From assembly GCA_035221665.1 (NCBI GenBank), contig CM069134.1, positions 43,710,001 through 43,774,000 on the forward strand: a stretch of DNA of 64,000 nucleotides. Direction: 5' to 3'. Position 1 is the first letter of the stretch, and each line of letters opens with the position of its first letter. Of the stretch, positions 63,304 through 64,000 are shown one piece after another. Both the position numbers and the translations under genes were made by a program. The notes beneath the pieces were generated by a model. It was given only the letters and a program-made list of their open reading frames with translations, was not told the DNA's origin and did not search any database. The DNA is from Okamejei kenojei. Lineage: Eukaryota.

Positions 63304-64000
63304 ACTGATACATCAATCTCGGTGATGGGTAAGCATGGTGACTTATATTTTTATACACTTTAAGTAAATTTAAATACAACAAAATCTCTTACCAGTGTAA
63401 AAAGAAAATCATTAAGTTAATTTATGCTCATCCACCACCTTAGTATTTTATATTGGGTGATGCCTAACCTGCACCTCTGCCTAACCTCCCCCAGAGATAA
63501 CAACAGACATGCATCCAATTTGAGTTCTCATCCATATCAGCTTTCAAACACATCAAACAAATGTCATAATTGCCCTGAAATAATATATTCTTACCTCTAT
63601 GCACTATGGTGGCATTTTTCCCAGAAATCCTCTAATGCCTTTTTGAAGTACTTAAAGGAATCAGTCTCCCTGCGACTCTTCCACCTTATTCCATAAAGCA
63701 ATCATCTAAGGAAGAATACAATTTCTAAAGACCCCTGGATCCTCAATTGGTAACTTTGACCTGTAATTCTAAGAAATCCCATAATATCTAAAACACTAGT
63801 TTTGAATTATGCTCATACCCATATTAATCTTAAATTCCTGAATCACTTCCGTACCAAGTTTCTGACACTCCAGAAACCATAAATTCACTTTTTTTTCCCA
63901 GTACTCCATGAATGTTAATTAAACTTAGTTAAACAACATTTACAAGCTTACTCTATTCCATTTTAGACCAAACATATGTTGCACCAGATTCACATTTGTA

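Noticed and set aside
1-64000. Inferring host-gene orientation from LINE strand bias
   Set aside because: CR1 fragments occur on both strands and Rex1 copies are mostly on plus, so the counts are too small and mixed to conclude anything.

Overview
Eukaryotic, repeat-dense, apparently non-coding (intronic or intergenic) DNA. The repeat families (HE1-type tRNA SINEs, HER1/CR1 LINEs with (CATAGAAA)n-type tails, Rex1/Babar LINEs, Penelope-like elements) point to a cartilaginous fish, probably a skate or ray (inference). I found no convincing host protein-coding gene: every recognisable ORF is a transposon remnant, its antisense shadow, or a simple repeat. Well-bounded elements are a full-length defective Tc1 (TA TSD), a PIF/Harbinger MITE (TTA TSD), a non-autonomous Helitron, a 1-kb DNA transposon with a 9-bp TSD, a 5-kb composite hAT-like element (6-bp TSD), a non-coding LTR element with a tRNA-Trp PBS (4-bp TSD) and two L1/Tx1 3' fragments with 15-16 bp TSDs. 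Two signals stand out. First, roughly 15-20 short Penelope-derived units carry a minimal hammerhead-ribozyme core (CUGAAGA-stem II-GAAAC-GUC); several are independent insertions with 13-17 bp TSDs and several are inverted dimers. Second, a Crypton-like hairpin unit is arranged as a 1.2-kb palindrome plus a tandem third copy. There are two assembly gaps. Coordinates of TSD- or TIR-bounded elements were counted by eye; those of degenerate fragments are approximate.
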